64,000 nt of DNA, from contig JBOGWV010000177.1 in the NCBI GenBank assembly GCA_050693975.1, positions 624 through 64,623 on the forward strand, given 5' to 3'. The stretch comes from Actinomycetota bacterium (GTDB lineage Bacteria; Actinomycetota; CADDZG01; WHSQ01). The notes beneath the pieces are model-generated. The model saw only the letters and a program-made list of their open reading frames with translations. It searched no databases and was not told where the DNA came from. Below are positions 8,461 through 18,798 of the stretch, one piece after another; the first letter of the stretch is position 1, and every line of letters starts with the position of its first letter. A program made the position numbers and the translations under genes.

Positions 8461-9732
8461 ATGACTATCTACGATGACGCACCGATGGTGACGCGCGTGG
8501 CGGTTCTCGCCTACCACTCGTCGCCCCTAATCGAGCCGGGCTCGGGAGATGCCGGCGGCATGACCGTCTACGTCCGCGAGCTTGCTCGGGCGCACGAGCG
8601 GCTAGGGGTTCACACCGATATCTTCACGCGGGCGACGGGCGACGAGGCTCGCGTCGTGGTGCTGTCCGAAAGGGTCAGGGTGGTCTCGATAGCCGCCGGT
8701 CCCTCACGGCCCCTTCCCAAAGAGCGACTGCCCGAATACGTCGAGGACTTCGCGGCCGGCGTGCGCGCCTTTGCCACGATGCAACGAGTCACCTATGACA
8801 TCGTGCACTCGCACTACTGGCAATCGGGTATCGCAGCCATCTCGCTCGCTCGGGCTCTGGGCGTCCCCTTGGTGCACTCTCAGCACACACTGGGCCTGGT
8901 CAAGAACTCCTTTTTGGCTCCCGGCGATTCACCCGAACCGCAGCTGCGGCTCGATGGTGAGGCTCGGATCATCGGAAGCGCCGACGTCCTGCTCGCGTCG
9001 ACCGACGAGGAATGGAAGCAACTCTCATGCCTGTACGGAGCGCCTCACGATCGCATCAAGACGATTCATCCGGGCGTGGACCACGGCGTCTTTCATTCGG
9101 GTGACCGGCACGAAGCACGCGCCGCGCTGGGGATCGACGACGAAGACGCCGTGTTGCTGTACGTGGGCCGGATCCAGCCTCTCAAGGGCCTCGAGCTCGC
9201 CGTGCGAGCCGCTAACGAGGTATTGCCGGCCCTCGATCGCGAGCTGACCTTCGTGGTGGTGGGTGGTGCCGGCGGTGAGAGCGGTCAGCGCGAGCTCGAG
9301 CGCACGAAGGCCCTTGTCAGATCCCTGGGGCTGAGCGAGCGGGTACGGTTCGTCGGCGCCCAACCGCACCACAAGCTCCCCACCTATTATCGTGCGGCCG
9401 ATGTCCTCACGGTGTGCTCGCACTCCGAGTCCTTCGGGCTCGCCGCGCTCGAGGCCCACGCTTGCGGCACGCCGGTCGTCGCCACTGCGGTGGGAGGCCT
9501 CTCCTACATCGTGCGCGACGGCCGGTCCGGTTTCCTACTCGACGAGCGCGATCCCACGGTCTGCGCCGCCAGGCTCAAGACGTTGCTCTCTGATTCGTCG
9601 TTGTGGGATCAGTTCGCGCGCGCGGCGAGCGACGCGTCGCACGGCTTCTCGTGGGATGCGACCGCAACCACACTCCTCGAGTTGTTCGAGTGTCTGGCGC
9701 GCGATCGTGCTCCCGAAGCTTGTACCTGTTAG
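8461..9732 (+). CDS. mshA: D-inositol-3-phosphate glycosyltransferase (GT4), first step of mycothiol synthesis
   Basis: VAVLAYHSSPLIEPGSGDAGGMTVYVRELA is the MshA N-terminal signature. The C-terminal GT4 motif SHSESFGLAALEAHACGTPVVATAVGGL is also present. Confidence 0.8.
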   Translation: MTIYDDAPMVTRVAVLAYHSSPLIEPGSGDAGGMTVYVRELARAHERLGVHTDIFTRATGDEARVVVLSERVRVVSIAAGPSRPLPKERLPEYVEDFAAGVRAFATMQRVTYDIVHSHYWQSGIAAISLARALGVPLVHSQHTLGLVKNSFLAPGDSPEPQLRLDGEARIIGSADVLLASTDEEWKQLSCLYGAPHDRIKTIHPGVDHGVFHSGDRHEARAALGIDDEDAVLLYVGRIQPLKGLELAVRAANEVLPALDRELTFVVVGGAGGESGQRELERTKALVRSLGLSERVRFVGAQPHHKLPTYYRAADVLTVCSHSESFGLAALEAHACGTPVVATAVGGLSYIVRDGRSGFLLDERDPTVCAARLKTLLSDSSLWDQFARAASDASHGFSWDATATTLLELFECLARDRAPEACTC

Positions 9733-10002
9733 TTCTCAAAAAAGCACAGCAGACCGCGAACAAAAAGTCACCGGCTCTGACCTGCTCGTTTGTTGTCCTA
9801 CCTGCGGCTACGCGCGGTTGACCGATGAACACCGCGTCGCTATGTTCGGCGACGTCGTGAGACGCGGTCTTCGGATCGAGTCGTTCGGCGAGGGCCCCAG
9901 AAGCTAAGGACGATCAGCTCTCGTGTGTGGGGAAGTACACGAGGTCCGACCGTGCGAGGTTTCTGGGGCTCTTAGTTGTTCGGCCGGCTTCGCTTGGCTC
10001 CG

Positions 10003-10917
10003 TTAGCCTCGCACCAGCGTTCGCAGGAAGAACCGCAGGTTCGCCGGCTTCTCCGCGATCCGGCGCATCAGGTAGGGATACCAGGCGGACCCGTATGGAA
10101 CGTAGGTGCGCACCCTGTAACCCTGGGCCGCGAGCTGTTCCTGGTAGTCGGCGCGCACCCCGTAGAGCATCTGTATCTCGAAGTCTTGTTGACTTACGCC
10201 CGATCGCACCGCGGCTTGCCGCGCATAGTCGATCAGCTTGGTGTCGTGGGTCGCTATGCCCGGGTCGGCGCCCTTCTCGAACAACCAATCGGTCAGGAAC
10301 ATGTACTGGGCGTCGATCTCGGCCCCCTTCTGGAGCGCCAGCTCTTCGGGCTCGGCGTAAGCACCTTTAACGAGTCGGATCCGTGGCTTGACTGCCGCAA
10401 ATGCCTCGAGGTCGACGGGGGTGCGACGAAGGTATGCCTGGATCGCCTGCCGAATGTCCGGGTAGTCGGCCTGAAGGATCCGGAAGACATCGAGGGTGTC
10501 GAGTACGTAATCCGACTGTTCGACGTCGATCTCGACCTGCATGTCGATCGACGCGGCCTGGGCTGCGATCCTGCGGAGGTGGTCGATGCATTGGCCCTTG
10601 TCTAAGGCCAGTCCTAATTGCGTCGGCTTGACCGTGATGGTGGTGTCGATGCCGGTTTCCTCGACTCGCTTGATCGCCGTCAGGTAGTCGTCGGCCTCAG
10701 CCTGGGCCCCTTCGGGAGTGGTGACACCTTCTCCCAACAAGTCGAGGATTCCGCCGATGCCCTTGGAGTTGAGCACCCGGATCGCGTCGACGGCGTCCTC
10801 AAGATCGCTTCCCGCCACGAAGCGTTTGACGAGTCCACTGGTGAGCCGGCTCTCGGTGACGAGCTTCTGAACGCTCGGCTTCTCTGCGACCCACAACCAT
10901 GCACGTCCCAGCAACAC
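10003..10917 (-). CDS. Proline dehydrogenase
   Basis: GTG start preceded by AAGGAGGAG. Monofunctional PRODH TIM-barrel signatures: ILDLLGEGV, IRLVKGAY, QMLYGV, YVPYG..WYPYLMRRIAE. Confidence 0.85.
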   Translation of the reverse strand: MLLGRAWLWVAEKPSVQKLVTESRLTSGLVKRFVAGSDLEDAVDAIRVLNSKGIGGILDLLGEGVTTPEGAQAEADDYLTAIKRVEETGIDTTITVKPTQLGLALDKGQCIDHLRRIAAQAASIDMQVEIDVEQSDYVLDTLDVFRILQADYPDIRQAIQAYLRRTPVDLEAFAAVKPRIRLVKGAYAEPEELALQKGAEIDAQYMFLTDWLFEKGADPGIATHDTKLIDYARQAAVRSGVSQQDFEIQMLYGVRADYQEQLAAQGYRVRTYVPYGSAWYPYLMRRIAEKPANLRFFLRTLVRG

Positions 10918-10976
10918 GGCTCTCCTCCTTGAGGGCTTAGTGGACCACTTGATGCCGTGCCATCATAGGAGCCTCA

Positions 10977-11795
10977 ATGACCAAGCTCGCCGTTCTGGGT
11001 TGCGGAAAGATGGGTGAGGCGCTCGTCGCGGGCGTCCTCGCCACCGGCTGGCGCGCGCCCAAGGACATCTCTGTCAGCGCCCGCCGCGAGCAGCGATTGG
11101 ATGAGCTTGCCGAGCGCCACGGAGTCGAGGTCACACTCGACAACTCCGTGGCTGTGGTGGGAGCCGAGGTCATCGTGCTCTCGGTCAAGCCGCAGGACAC
11201 CGAGACTCTGTTGAGCGACATCTCCGCTCACGTGACGCCCGAGCAGACCGTGCTGAGCGTCATCGCCGCGATACCCACGAGCCTCATCGAGGGGCGGCTG
11301 GGTTCGTCGGTGCCGGTGGTGCGAGCGATGCCCAACACTCCATCGATGGTGCACGAGGGCATGGCGGGAATCGCGGCGGGTCGCCACGCCGACGAGGCTC
11401 ACCTCAAGCTGGCCCGCGAGGTTCTTGAGCATGTCGGCCGAGTCGTCACCGTGCCGGAGAGCTACCTCGATGCGGTGACGGCCATTTCGGGTTCCGGGCC
11501 CGCCTATTTCGCCTTGCTTGCAGAGGCGATGATCGAGGCGGGCATTCTCTTGGGCCTGTCGCGCGAGATCTCGACCGAGCTCGTGATCCAGACCATGTTG
11601 GGATCGGCAAAGCTGCTGCGTGACGAGAAGATGCATCCTGTGGAACTGCGCGAGATGGTGACCTCACCCGGGGGCACCACCATCAGGGCGATTCGAGTCC
11701 TCGAGCAGTCCGGTGTGCGCGCCGCCTTTCTCAACGCCATCCAGGCCGCGATGGAACGGTCCCAGGAGCTGGCCGAAGGAGAACCCGGCGCGTAG
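10977..11795 (+). CDS. proC: Pyrroline-5-carboxylate reductase
   Basis: LAVLGCGKMGEALVAG Rossmann motif, VRAMPNTP, and a SPGGTT C-terminal dimerisation domain. AGGAG RBS 5 nt upstream. Confidence 0.9.
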   Translation: MTKLAVLGCGKMGEALVAGVLATGWRAPKDISVSARREQRLDELAERHGVEVTLDNSVAVVGAEVIVLSVKPQDTETLLSDISAHVTPEQTVLSVIAAIPTSLIEGRLGSSVPVVRAMPNTPSMVHEGMAGIAAGRHADEAHLKLAREVLEHVGRVVTVPESYLDAVTAISGSGPAYFALLAEAMIEAGILLGLSREISTELVIQTMLGSAKLLRDEKMHPVELREMVTSPGGTTIRAIRVLEQSGVRAAFLNAIQAAMERSQELAEGEPGA

Positions 11796-11829
11796 CTCGG
11801 CGACGCAGGCCGACGTCGAGATCCGGCCG

Positions 11830-12291
11830 ATGACTCCGGAGGACATCGACGACTTCCTGGATCTGTTCGAGGTCGTTGCCGCCGAGGGCATCTACATCGG
11901 AGCGGAGGCCCCGATCGACCGTGAGGATCGTCGAGCTCGCTTCGTCCATACGCTCGAGTCGACCAAGTATCAGTCACTGGTCGCGATCGCCGCCGGGAGG
12001 CTCGTTGGCCAGATTGGGCTCAAGGACATGCGTGGCCTGATCGACATCGGGATGCTCGTCGCTCCCGACATGCGCGGCCGGGGAATCGGAAAGGCTCTGT
12101 TGCAGGCGGGCATCGACTGGGCCAGGTCGCACGGCGCTCACAAGATGACCCTCCAGGTCTGGCCTCACAACCAAGCCGCGCGGGAGCTATATGCGAAGTT
12201 CGGCTTCATCGAGGAGGGCTATCTCACGCGTCAGTGGAAGCGGCGAAACGGCGAGATCTGGGATGCCGTGGTCATGGGGCTTCTTCTATGA
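11830..12291 (+). CDS. GNAT-family N-acetyltransferase
   Basis: Start at the first ATG after the proC stop. Acetyl-CoA-binding motif RGRGIGKALL and ARELYAKFGF. Confidence 0.75.
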   Translation: MTPEDIDDFLDLFEVVAAEGIYIGAEAPIDREDRRARFVHTLESTKYQSLVAIAAGRLVGQIGLKDMRGLIDIGMLVAPDMRGRGIGKALLQAGIDWARSHGAHKMTLQVWPHNQAARELYAKFGFIEEGYLTRQWKRRNGEIWDAVVMGLLL

Positions 12292-12331
12292 GCTGTGTGA
12301 TCCTCGAGTGCCTGCGGGTACCGTGAACTCA

Positions 12332-13453
12332 ATGAGCGAATCTGTGGCGCTGGTCATGGTGCCCGACCTCGCGCGCCTCTACGACTTCGGGCCCACACAT
12401 CCGTTGCGCCCCGAGCGCGTGCTCGGCACCTTCGAGCACATTGAGAAGCTGGACATGGTTGCGAAGGCGGGAGTGCGGGAGGTCGAGGCGCGCTCCGCTA
12501 CCGACGAAGAGGTGCTAGCGGTGCACGATGCGGAGTTCGTGAACGCGGTGCGCGACATCGATTCCGGGCTGGTCACCTCCCAGTTCGGGTTGCAGTACGG
12601 CCTCGGAACGCCGGACAACCCGGTGTTCGCCGACATGCACACCGCGTCTGCGGCCGTCTCAGGCGCAACCATCACTGCGGCCGAGTTGGTGGCTTCGGGC
12701 GAGGTCGAGCGCGCCTTCAACCCCGCGGGCGGGCTGCATCACGCGCGGCGGGCCGAGGCCTCGGGTTTCTGCATCTACAACGATCCTGCGGTCGGGATCG
12801 CACGGGTGCTCGACCTCCATCCCGAGTGGCGGGTCATGTACATCGACGTGGACGTTCATCATGGCGATGGAGTCCAGTGGATCTACTACGACGACCCGCG
12901 GGTGCTGACGCTGTCGCTACATCAGAGCGGCCGCTATCTCTATCCGGGCACCGGCTTCGAGGACGAGACCGGGATCGGTGATGCGATCGGGACCTCGGCC
13001 AACCTGCCGCTGATGCCCTACACCTGCAACGACGACTACCTGTGGGGTCTCGAGACGATGGTGAACGCGCTAGCGGAAGCGTTCAAACCGGATTTGGTGA
13101 TGACCCAACTGGGAGCCGACACACACTACGACGATCCTCTCGCCAACCTCGGCCTGACCATGGAGGCATACCCCGCCATGGCAAGGATCCTGCGCGAGGC
13201 CATCCAGGCGCATGGATCGGGTCGCTGGGTCGCGACCGGCGGAGGCGGCTACCAGGCAGAGACCGTCGTGCCCAAGGTTTGGACGATGCACTTCGCGGAA
13301 CTGTGTGGCATCACCGAAATCATTCCGGAGTCATGGCTGCGCGACCGGGCTCCGGACGAGGTCTCCCGCCGCGACACCGACTCGGTCAAGCAATCGGTCG
13401 AGCAGGTGTTGACCGTCTGCGTCCCGCGCCTCGAGGCGCTTGCCTCGATTTAG
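12332..13453 (+). CDS. Histone deacetylase-family protein (AcuC/acetoin utilisation-type deacetylase)
   Basis: GGLHHARRAEASGFCIYND, DVDVHHGDGVQ and the GGGGY motif, which mark the arginase/HDAC fold active site. Confidence 0.85.
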   Translation: MSESVALVMVPDLARLYDFGPTHPLRPERVLGTFEHIEKLDMVAKAGVREVEARSATDEEVLAVHDAEFVNAVRDIDSGLVTSQFGLQYGLGTPDNPVFADMHTASAAVSGATITAAELVASGEVERAFNPAGGLHHARRAEASGFCIYNDPAVGIARVLDLHPEWRVMYIDVDVHHGDGVQWIYYDDPRVLTLSLHQSGRYLYPGTGFEDETGIGDAIGTSANLPLMPYTCNDDYLWGLETMVNALAEAFKPDLVMTQLGADTHYDDPLANLGLTMEAYPAMARILREAIQAHGSGRWVATGGGGYQAETVVPKVWTMHFAELCGITEIIPESWLRDRAPDEVSRRDTDSVKQSVEQVLTVCVPRLEALASI

Positions 13454-13868
13454 TGGCCGCTCCGATACCCTTCCGTTCGTGAACGCGATTACAGAGATAC
13501 ACCTCTACGTGGGCTGGACGATCCCGGCCGGGTTCCTGATTCTGGCGCTGTGGTCGGGGTGGATCTTCATTCGCAACCGCGTGCCTCACGAGTGGTACTG
13601 GAGCCTGCTGGGGGTGCTGCAGGCGGTGGTGGGCATTCAGTTCCTGGTGGGTGCCATCCTGTTCATCTCCGGTCGGCGTCCGGTCTTCGAGGGAGCGACC
13701 TGGCTCCACTACGTTTACGGAGCGTTCTTTCCCGCGGCGCTACTCGTGTTCGCCCACCGGGCCGGCAAGGAGCGATTCAAAGAGGTGCCCTTCGTGCCGT
13801 TCGGAATCGCCGCGCTGCTTTGCTTCGGCCTCACCACCCGCGCGCTGATGACCGGCCTGGGCATGTGA
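13440..13868 (+). CDS. Hypothetical integral membrane protein (4 predicted TM segments)
   Basis: Hydrophobic segments throughout. The start is uncertain: ATG 13440 overlaps the preceding gene, and GTG 13479 is an alternative. Confidence 0.5.
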   Translation: MPRFSGRSDTLPFVNAITEIHLYVGWTIPAGFLILALWSGWIFIRNRVPHEWYWSLLGVLQAVVGIQFLVGAILFISGRRPVFEGATWLHYVYGAFFPAALLVFAHRAGKERFKEVPFVPFGIAALLCFGLTTRALMTGLGM

Positions 13869-13881
13869 GCGGCGGGTCTCG

Positions 13882-15069
13882 ATGAACATCGTCGACCTCC
13901 TGTTCTTTGTGGTCGCCGGTCTAACCGCATTCCGTGGTTACCGCAGGGGATTGCTGGGACTGATCTTCGAGCTGGGCGGTGGATTCATCGGCCTGCTCGC
14001 AGGAGTGGCGCTCGGCCCCCGCCTCGCCGACGCGCTCACCGACCGGAGCGGTCTCAGCGGAGTCTTGGTCTCGCTACTGACCGTGTTCGTTCTGCTCACC
14101 GTGGGTCAGACCGTCGGCTACATCGTCGGTCAGCGCTTCGCGACCTTCGCCCACAAGGTCAAGCTGGGGACGCTCAACCAGGCCCTCGGCGCCGTCGGCG
14201 GTGTGGTCCTTGCAGTGCTGACGTTCTGGCTGGTGGGGTCGCTGGTCGCGGCCTCGTCCCTTCGCCCCGTGAACCGGGCGTTGAGCCGCTCGGCGGTGCT
14301 GCAGGCGCTCGATGAGGCCCTGCCTCCGCCCCCCAACGTGCTCTCCTACTTCAGCCAGTACCTCAACACCTCGGGCTTCCCCCAGGTATTCGCGGGGTTG
14401 CCTCGGCCGCTTGGTCCGCCGGTGGACCTTCCCAATCGTCGTACGGCCCAGCGCGCCATCGAAGCGGCGCAGCCCTCGACGGTGCGCGTCACCGTTCCTG
14501 CATGCGGCGGTACTCAGCTCGGCAGTGGCTGGATCGCGGCCGACGGAGTCGTTGTGACCAACGCCCACGTCGTTGCCGGCGGCGAGGAGGTGACCGTGCA
14601 GACCCAGGCCGATGAGGCCGTGGGTGCGAGTGTGGTTCTGTTTGACCCTCGCACCGATCTTGCCGTCCTGCGCCTGGCCGAGAGCGTGCAGGCTCCACCG
14701 TTGCAGCTCGAAACGAGCGGCTTCGACAACGGCGAACCGGGCGCGACATTGGGGTATCCGGGTAGCGACAACGGCCAGCTTGATGCGGATCCGGCCGCAG
14801 TCAAGGATCGCTACAACGCGCTTGGAAAGGACATCTATGGGCGCGGCGACGTCTCACGCGAGGTCTACGAGCTGCGCGCTCAGGTGACCCAGGGAGAATC
14901 CGGCGGGCCCTTCGTGCTGCCGAACGGACGCGTTGCGGGAGTCGTGTTCGCCGCCTCGACCCAGGACGCCGAGATCGGCTACGCGCTGACGGGGGCCGAG
15001 GTCGTCGACGAGATCAACGAGGGCATCAACTCAGGCGAGCCGGTGGCAACCGGCCCCTGCACCCGCTAG
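13882..15069 (+). CDS. marP: MarP-family membrane serine protease (CvpA-like TM domain plus trypsin-like domain)
   Basis: N-terminal CvpA-type 4-TM region (IVDLLFFVVAGLTAFRGYRRGLL). The chymotrypsin-fold domain shows TNAHVVAG, DLAVL and GESGGP. Confidence 0.8.
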   Translation: MNIVDLLFFVVAGLTAFRGYRRGLLGLIFELGGGFIGLLAGVALGPRLADALTDRSGLSGVLVSLLTVFVLLTVGQTVGYIVGQRFATFAHKVKLGTLNQALGAVGGVVLAVLTFWLVGSLVAASSLRPVNRALSRSAVLQALDEALPPPPNVLSYFSQYLNTSGFPQVFAGLPRPLGPPVDLPNRRTAQRAIEAAQPSTVRVTVPACGGTQLGSGWIAADGVVVTNAHVVAGGEEVTVQTQADEAVGASVVLFDPRTDLAVLRLAESVQAPPLQLETSGFDNGEPGATLGYPGSDNGQLDADPAAVKDRYNALGKDIYGRGDVSREVYELRAQVTQGESGGPFVLPNGRVAGVVFAASTQDAEIGYALTGAEVVDEINEGINSGEPVATGPCTR

Positions 15070-15075
15070 CGGGGT

Positions 15076-15834
15076 CTAGGAGGTCTGGCCCCCGTCGACC
15101 ACCAGGGTCGTGCCGGTCACGAAGCTGGCTGCGTCGCTGGCGAGGAACACCGCCGGGCCCACGATCTCGTCCGCAGTTCCCAGCCGCCGCATCGGGATCA
15201 TGTCCTCCATCGTCTTGCGCGTGCCCTCGTCGCTCCACAGCATCGAGTTGAGGTCGGTGGCAATCCAGCCGGGTGCGATCGAGTTCACTCGGACGTTCGA
15301 GGTCGCCAGTTCGCGCGCCGCAGCCTGCGTCATCAGGCGCACTCCACCCTTCGCCGCGGAGTAGAAGGAGAGGCCCTCTGCGCCCTGAATTCCCGCAACC
15401 GATGCGATCTGGATGATGGATCCTCCGCCGCCCTCGACCATTCGCTGCGCGGCAAGCTGAGTGGCGTGAAAGACCGAGTCGAGGTTCAGGCGCATTACCT
15501 TGTCCCAGCCCTCGGGACGAAGGGTGGTCAGGGGGGCCACGAAGCGGGTTCCACCGGCGTTGTTGACCAGGATGTCGAGGCGGCCGAGCTCGCCGGTCGT
15601 GCGGTCGAACAATGTCTCCAGGGCGCCTCGATCGGTCACGTCGGTGGGGACGGCAATCGCTCTGCGGCCCAGCTCCTCGATCTCCTTGACAAGGGTCTCC
15701 AGGGCGGCCTCGGTGCGGGCCGCCACGGCGACGTCCGCTCCGGCCTCCGCCATGCCGAGGGCGATTGATCGCCCGATGCCACGCGATGCGCCCGTGACAA
15801 CGGCCACCTTGCCCTCGAGCGAGAACAGCCTCAT
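15076..15834 (-). CDS. SDR-family oxidoreductase (FabG-like)
   Basis: Start at MRLFSLEGKVAVVTGASRGIG, preceded by GAGGA. NNAG and the YSAAK catalytic motif are present. Confidence 0.85.
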   Translation of the reverse strand: MRLFSLEGKVAVVTGASRGIGRSIALGMAEAGADVAVAARTEAALETLVKEIEELGRRAIAVPTDVTDRGALETLFDRTTGELGRLDILVNNAGGTRFVAPLTTLRPEGWDKVMRLNLDSVFHATQLAAQRMVEGGGGSIIQIASVAGIQGAEGLSFYSAAKGGVRLMTQAAARELATSNVRVNSIAPGWIATDLNSMLWSDEGTRKTMEDMIPMRRLGTADEIVGPAVFLASDAASFVTGTTLVVDGGQTS

Positions 15835-15896
15835 GGATTCCTCATCCTCAGTTAGTCGGGACAATTAGTGGGGACAATCGCTACGATTATGTCCCT

Positions 15897-16679
15897 ATGC
15901 CGACCATTACTCTGTCCGACGCGCGCGAGAGGCTGGTAGCGGGAGGGATCACCGGGCCCCATCAGTCCCACACGCGTCGCAATGCGCTCACCAAGATAAG
16001 AGCCATGGTGTCAGGCGAGGACGTCGAGGCTCGCTTCGGGATCTCGGGAATCACGACGTACTCGCCGTCCGACGTGCTCGGTCTGATGTGTGAGCTCACC
16101 GGTTGTAGTGACGACATCAACGACTTCACCGGCTACGACGTCATGGACCCGGCCAAGACGGTCGACGCGATCGTGGCGGCGGCACGTCGTTTGCGCAGCG
16201 AGGCCGAGCGCGGCGCGACGTTACTTTGTTGCACGGGCCACCCGACCGGCATGCTCGAGCACAACATCAGGGTGCTCGATGCTTTCCGCGCTGCGGGCGG
16301 CAAAGTGGTCACTCTGCACGAGGGCCGGGATCTGGGAGTCCGCCGCAAGCACTCCGAGATTCGTTACGTCGGAGGAGTTGGCATGCTCGCCGATTGGGGA
16401 CAGCTGATGCACACTCACTCGAGTGAGCCGATGGAGGCCCTCCTGGAGGCGGAGGACCATCCGGATCTGGTCATCGGCGACCATGGTTTCGCCGGCGCCG
16501 CCATCGAGCGAGGCATCCCAACCGTGGCGATCATGGACATCAACGACCCAGCGCTCGCGATCCCGTGGTCCGAGGGGCGTGACGTGTTGATCGTGCCGAT
16601 GGACGACAATCGGCTCCCGCGTTTGTACGAACCGTCGTGGCTCATCTTCGAGGCGGTCCTGGCAGGCGACGACATCTGA
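15897..16679 (+). CDS. Conserved hypothetical protein
   Basis: 260-aa ORF with coding-like third-position G+C bias. I could not assign a diagnostic motif with confidence. Confidence 0.55.
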   Translation: MPTITLSDARERLVAGGITGPHQSHTRRNALTKIRAMVSGEDVEARFGISGITTYSPSDVLGLMCELTGCSDDINDFTGYDVMDPAKTVDAIVAAARRLRSEAERGATLLCCTGHPTGMLEHNIRVLDAFRAAGGKVVTLHEGRDLGVRRKHSEIRYVGGVGMLADWGQLMHTHSSEPMEALLEAEDHPDLVIGDHGFAGAAIERGIPTVAIMDINDPALAIPWSEGRDVLIVPMDDNRLPRLYEPSWLIFEAVLAGDDI

Positions 16680-16736
16680 GACACTCGGCCCGAAACGGAC
16701 GTTAATTACACCCCCCGACCTGTCGAAGTAAGCCGC

Positions 16737-18752
16737 ATGAAAGTTGTCATCGGTACGTCGCGTATGCGGCGCTCGGTTCACACGTGGTTGGCCACAATGG
16801 CCATCCTCCTTGTGGTGGCGATGATGGGCGCTCTGACGGAGATCTCCTTCGGACCTCTCGAGGGCTTCGTTTCGAAGTGGTCTTACAACCTGGTGCTGCT
16901 CGGGTCCGCTTCGGCATGCCTGGCGCGTGGCCTGCTGGTGCCGGCCGGGCGGCGTGCATGGTGCCTCCTCGGCACGAGCCTGGTGTTGTGGTCGCTCGGC
17001 AACGTCTACTACTCGGTGGCGCTGTGGGACCTAAGCGTCATCCCCGTCCCTTCGATCAGCGACGGCTTCTGGATCGTCTTCTATCCGCTGGCGATGGTGT
17101 CGGTGGCCTGGATGGTTCGGGACCGAGTGAGCACCTCGGGTCTCTATCTGTGGCTCGACGGCGCCATGGGCGCGCTGGCGGCGGGGGCGGTGGTTGGAGC
17201 CCTCCTGTTCGGACCACTGTTCGAGGTCGCCTCGGGGCACGCCCTGGCGTTGGCGACGAACTTCTCCTACCCGGTCGGGGACCTGTTGCTGATCTCAATG
17301 GTGGTCGGGGCGATCGGCCTCAGCGGATGGCGAATCGACTCGATGTGGGGGTGGCTCGGAGGAGGTCTTGTGCTGTTCGCTGTTGTCGACAGCGTGTACC
17401 TCGTACAGGTTGCGAATGAGACCTGGCTGCCGGGAAACGTGTTCGAGGCGGGATGGCCGGCCGCAATGCTCTGCATCGCCTTCGCTGCGTGGCGGCCGAG
17501 CTGGAGGACTAGCGAGGTCGATTTGTACGGCACTCGCGTAATTACGATGCCTTTGCTGTTCGCTTCGGTGGCGCTTGCACTCGTGGTCTACGACCACTTC
17601 ACGCGAGTCAATCTCGTTGCGCTTGTCATGGCGTCGGCCGCGCTGGGCGTCGCCGTCGTGCGTATGACGCTCAGCTTTCGTCAGAATGTCGCGATGCTCG
17701 GCTCGAGCCGGATGGAGGCGTTGACCGATTCACTCACGGGGCTTGGAAACCGGCGACGACTGATGCTGGACCTCGAGGGGGCCTGCGTAAGGGACGCATC
17801 GGATCCCATGGCGCTGATCATCTTCGACCTCAACGGGTTCAAGCACTACAACGACACCTTCGGCCATCCGGCCGGTGACGCCCTCCTTACGAGGCTCGGT
17901 CGCTCGCTGGCCGCGGCTGCGGGAAGCGATCACGCCTATCGGCTTGGAGGAGACGAGTTCTGCGTCCTGGTCGACTGTGGCGACGTAACCCCGGAGAACA
18001 TCGCCACCTGGCTACTCGCCACCCTGTCCGAGAAGGGGAACGGTTTCTCAATCGGTGCAGCCGCGGGGTGGACGGTAATCCCAACCGAGGAATCAAACCC
18101 CTCGGATGCCCTGCGACGCGCGGACCGTCGAATGTACGAGTCCAAGAACGGGGGACGGGTGTCCGAAGGCCGGCTTGCCGGCAACGTGCTGATGCAAGTC
18201 CTGCAGGAGCGCGATCCTCGGCTACAGGTACACCTCAACGGCGTCGCCTCGCTGGCCGAGGAGGTATGCACCCAGCTCGGACTCTCGCACGCCGAGTGCC
18301 AGAGCGTCTGCCTCGCTGCCGAATTACACGACGTCGGAAAGGTGGCGGTGCCCGACGAAGTCCTCAACAAGCCCGGCCCACTCGACGATCACGAAATGGA
18401 CTTCATTCGTCAGCACACGATCATCGGCCAGCGCATCCTCGGCGTGTCGCCCGCACTGACGGTGGTGGCTGAGCTGGTCCGATCGAGCCATGAGGCCTAC
18501 GACGGCAGGGGATATCCCGACGGATTGAAGGGCGAGGACATTCCTCTCGGATCGCGCATCGTCGCGGTATGTGATGCATTTGACGCGATGGTCTCCCAAC
18601 GCCCCTACAGGGAGGCTATGACCGTGCGAGAAGCAATTGCCGAGTTGCAGCGCTGTGCCGGTACCCAGTTCGATCCTGTCGTTGTGGATGCTTTCGTGGC
18701 CGCCCTCGTCCGGGGCTCGGACCTCGTAGCGTCGGGGCCCGCACTCGTCTAA
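16737..18752 (+). CDS. Membrane-bound diguanylate cyclase (GGDEF) fused to an HD-GYP phosphodiesterase domain
   Basis: About 300 aa of multi-TM N-terminus. GGDEF domain: DSLTGLGNRR, FDLNGFKHYNDTFGHPAGD, RLGGDEF. HD-GYP domain: ELHDVGKVAVP, SSHEAYDGRGYPDGL, DAFDAM. Confidence 0.85.
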   Translation: MKVVIGTSRMRRSVHTWLATMAILLVVAMMGALTEISFGPLEGFVSKWSYNLVLLGSASACLARGLLVPAGRRAWCLLGTSLVLWSLGNVYYSVALWDLSVIPVPSISDGFWIVFYPLAMVSVAWMVRDRVSTSGLYLWLDGAMGALAAGAVVGALLFGPLFEVASGHALALATNFSYPVGDLLLISMVVGAIGLSGWRIDSMWGWLGGGLVLFAVVDSVYLVQVANETWLPGNVFEAGWPAAMLCIAFAAWRPSWRTSEVDLYGTRVITMPLLFASVALALVVYDHFTRVNLVALVMASAALGVAVVRMTLSFRQNVAMLGSSRMEALTDSLTGLGNRRRLMLDLEGACVRDASDPMALIIFDLNGFKHYNDTFGHPAGDALLTRLGRSLAAAAGSDHAYRLGGDEFCVLVDCGDVTPENIATWLLATLSEKGNGFSIGAAAGWTVIPTEESNPSDALRRADRRMYESKNGGRVSEGRLAGNVLMQVLQERDPRLQVHLNGVASLAEEVCTQLGLSHAECQSVCLAAELHDVGKVAVPDEVLNKPGPLDDHEMDFIRQHTIIGQRILGVSPALTVVAELVRSSHEAYDGRGYPDGLKGEDIPLGSRIVAVCDAFDAMVSQRPYREAMTVREAIAELQRCAGTQFDPVVVDAFVAALVRGSDLVASGPALV

Positions 18753-18798
18753 ACCTCCGCTGAGCAGGACAAACAGGTTGGATTATAGTGAGCGGGTC

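Noticed and set aside
9733-10002. 270-nt gap between the convergent mshA and proline dehydrogenase genes, including a short CPTC-containing frame and a 7-bp stem hairpin (about 9927-9950)
   Set aside because: The small frame has no canonical start codon, only a single CxxC and no RBS. The hairpin has no U-tract. Nothing here rises above background.
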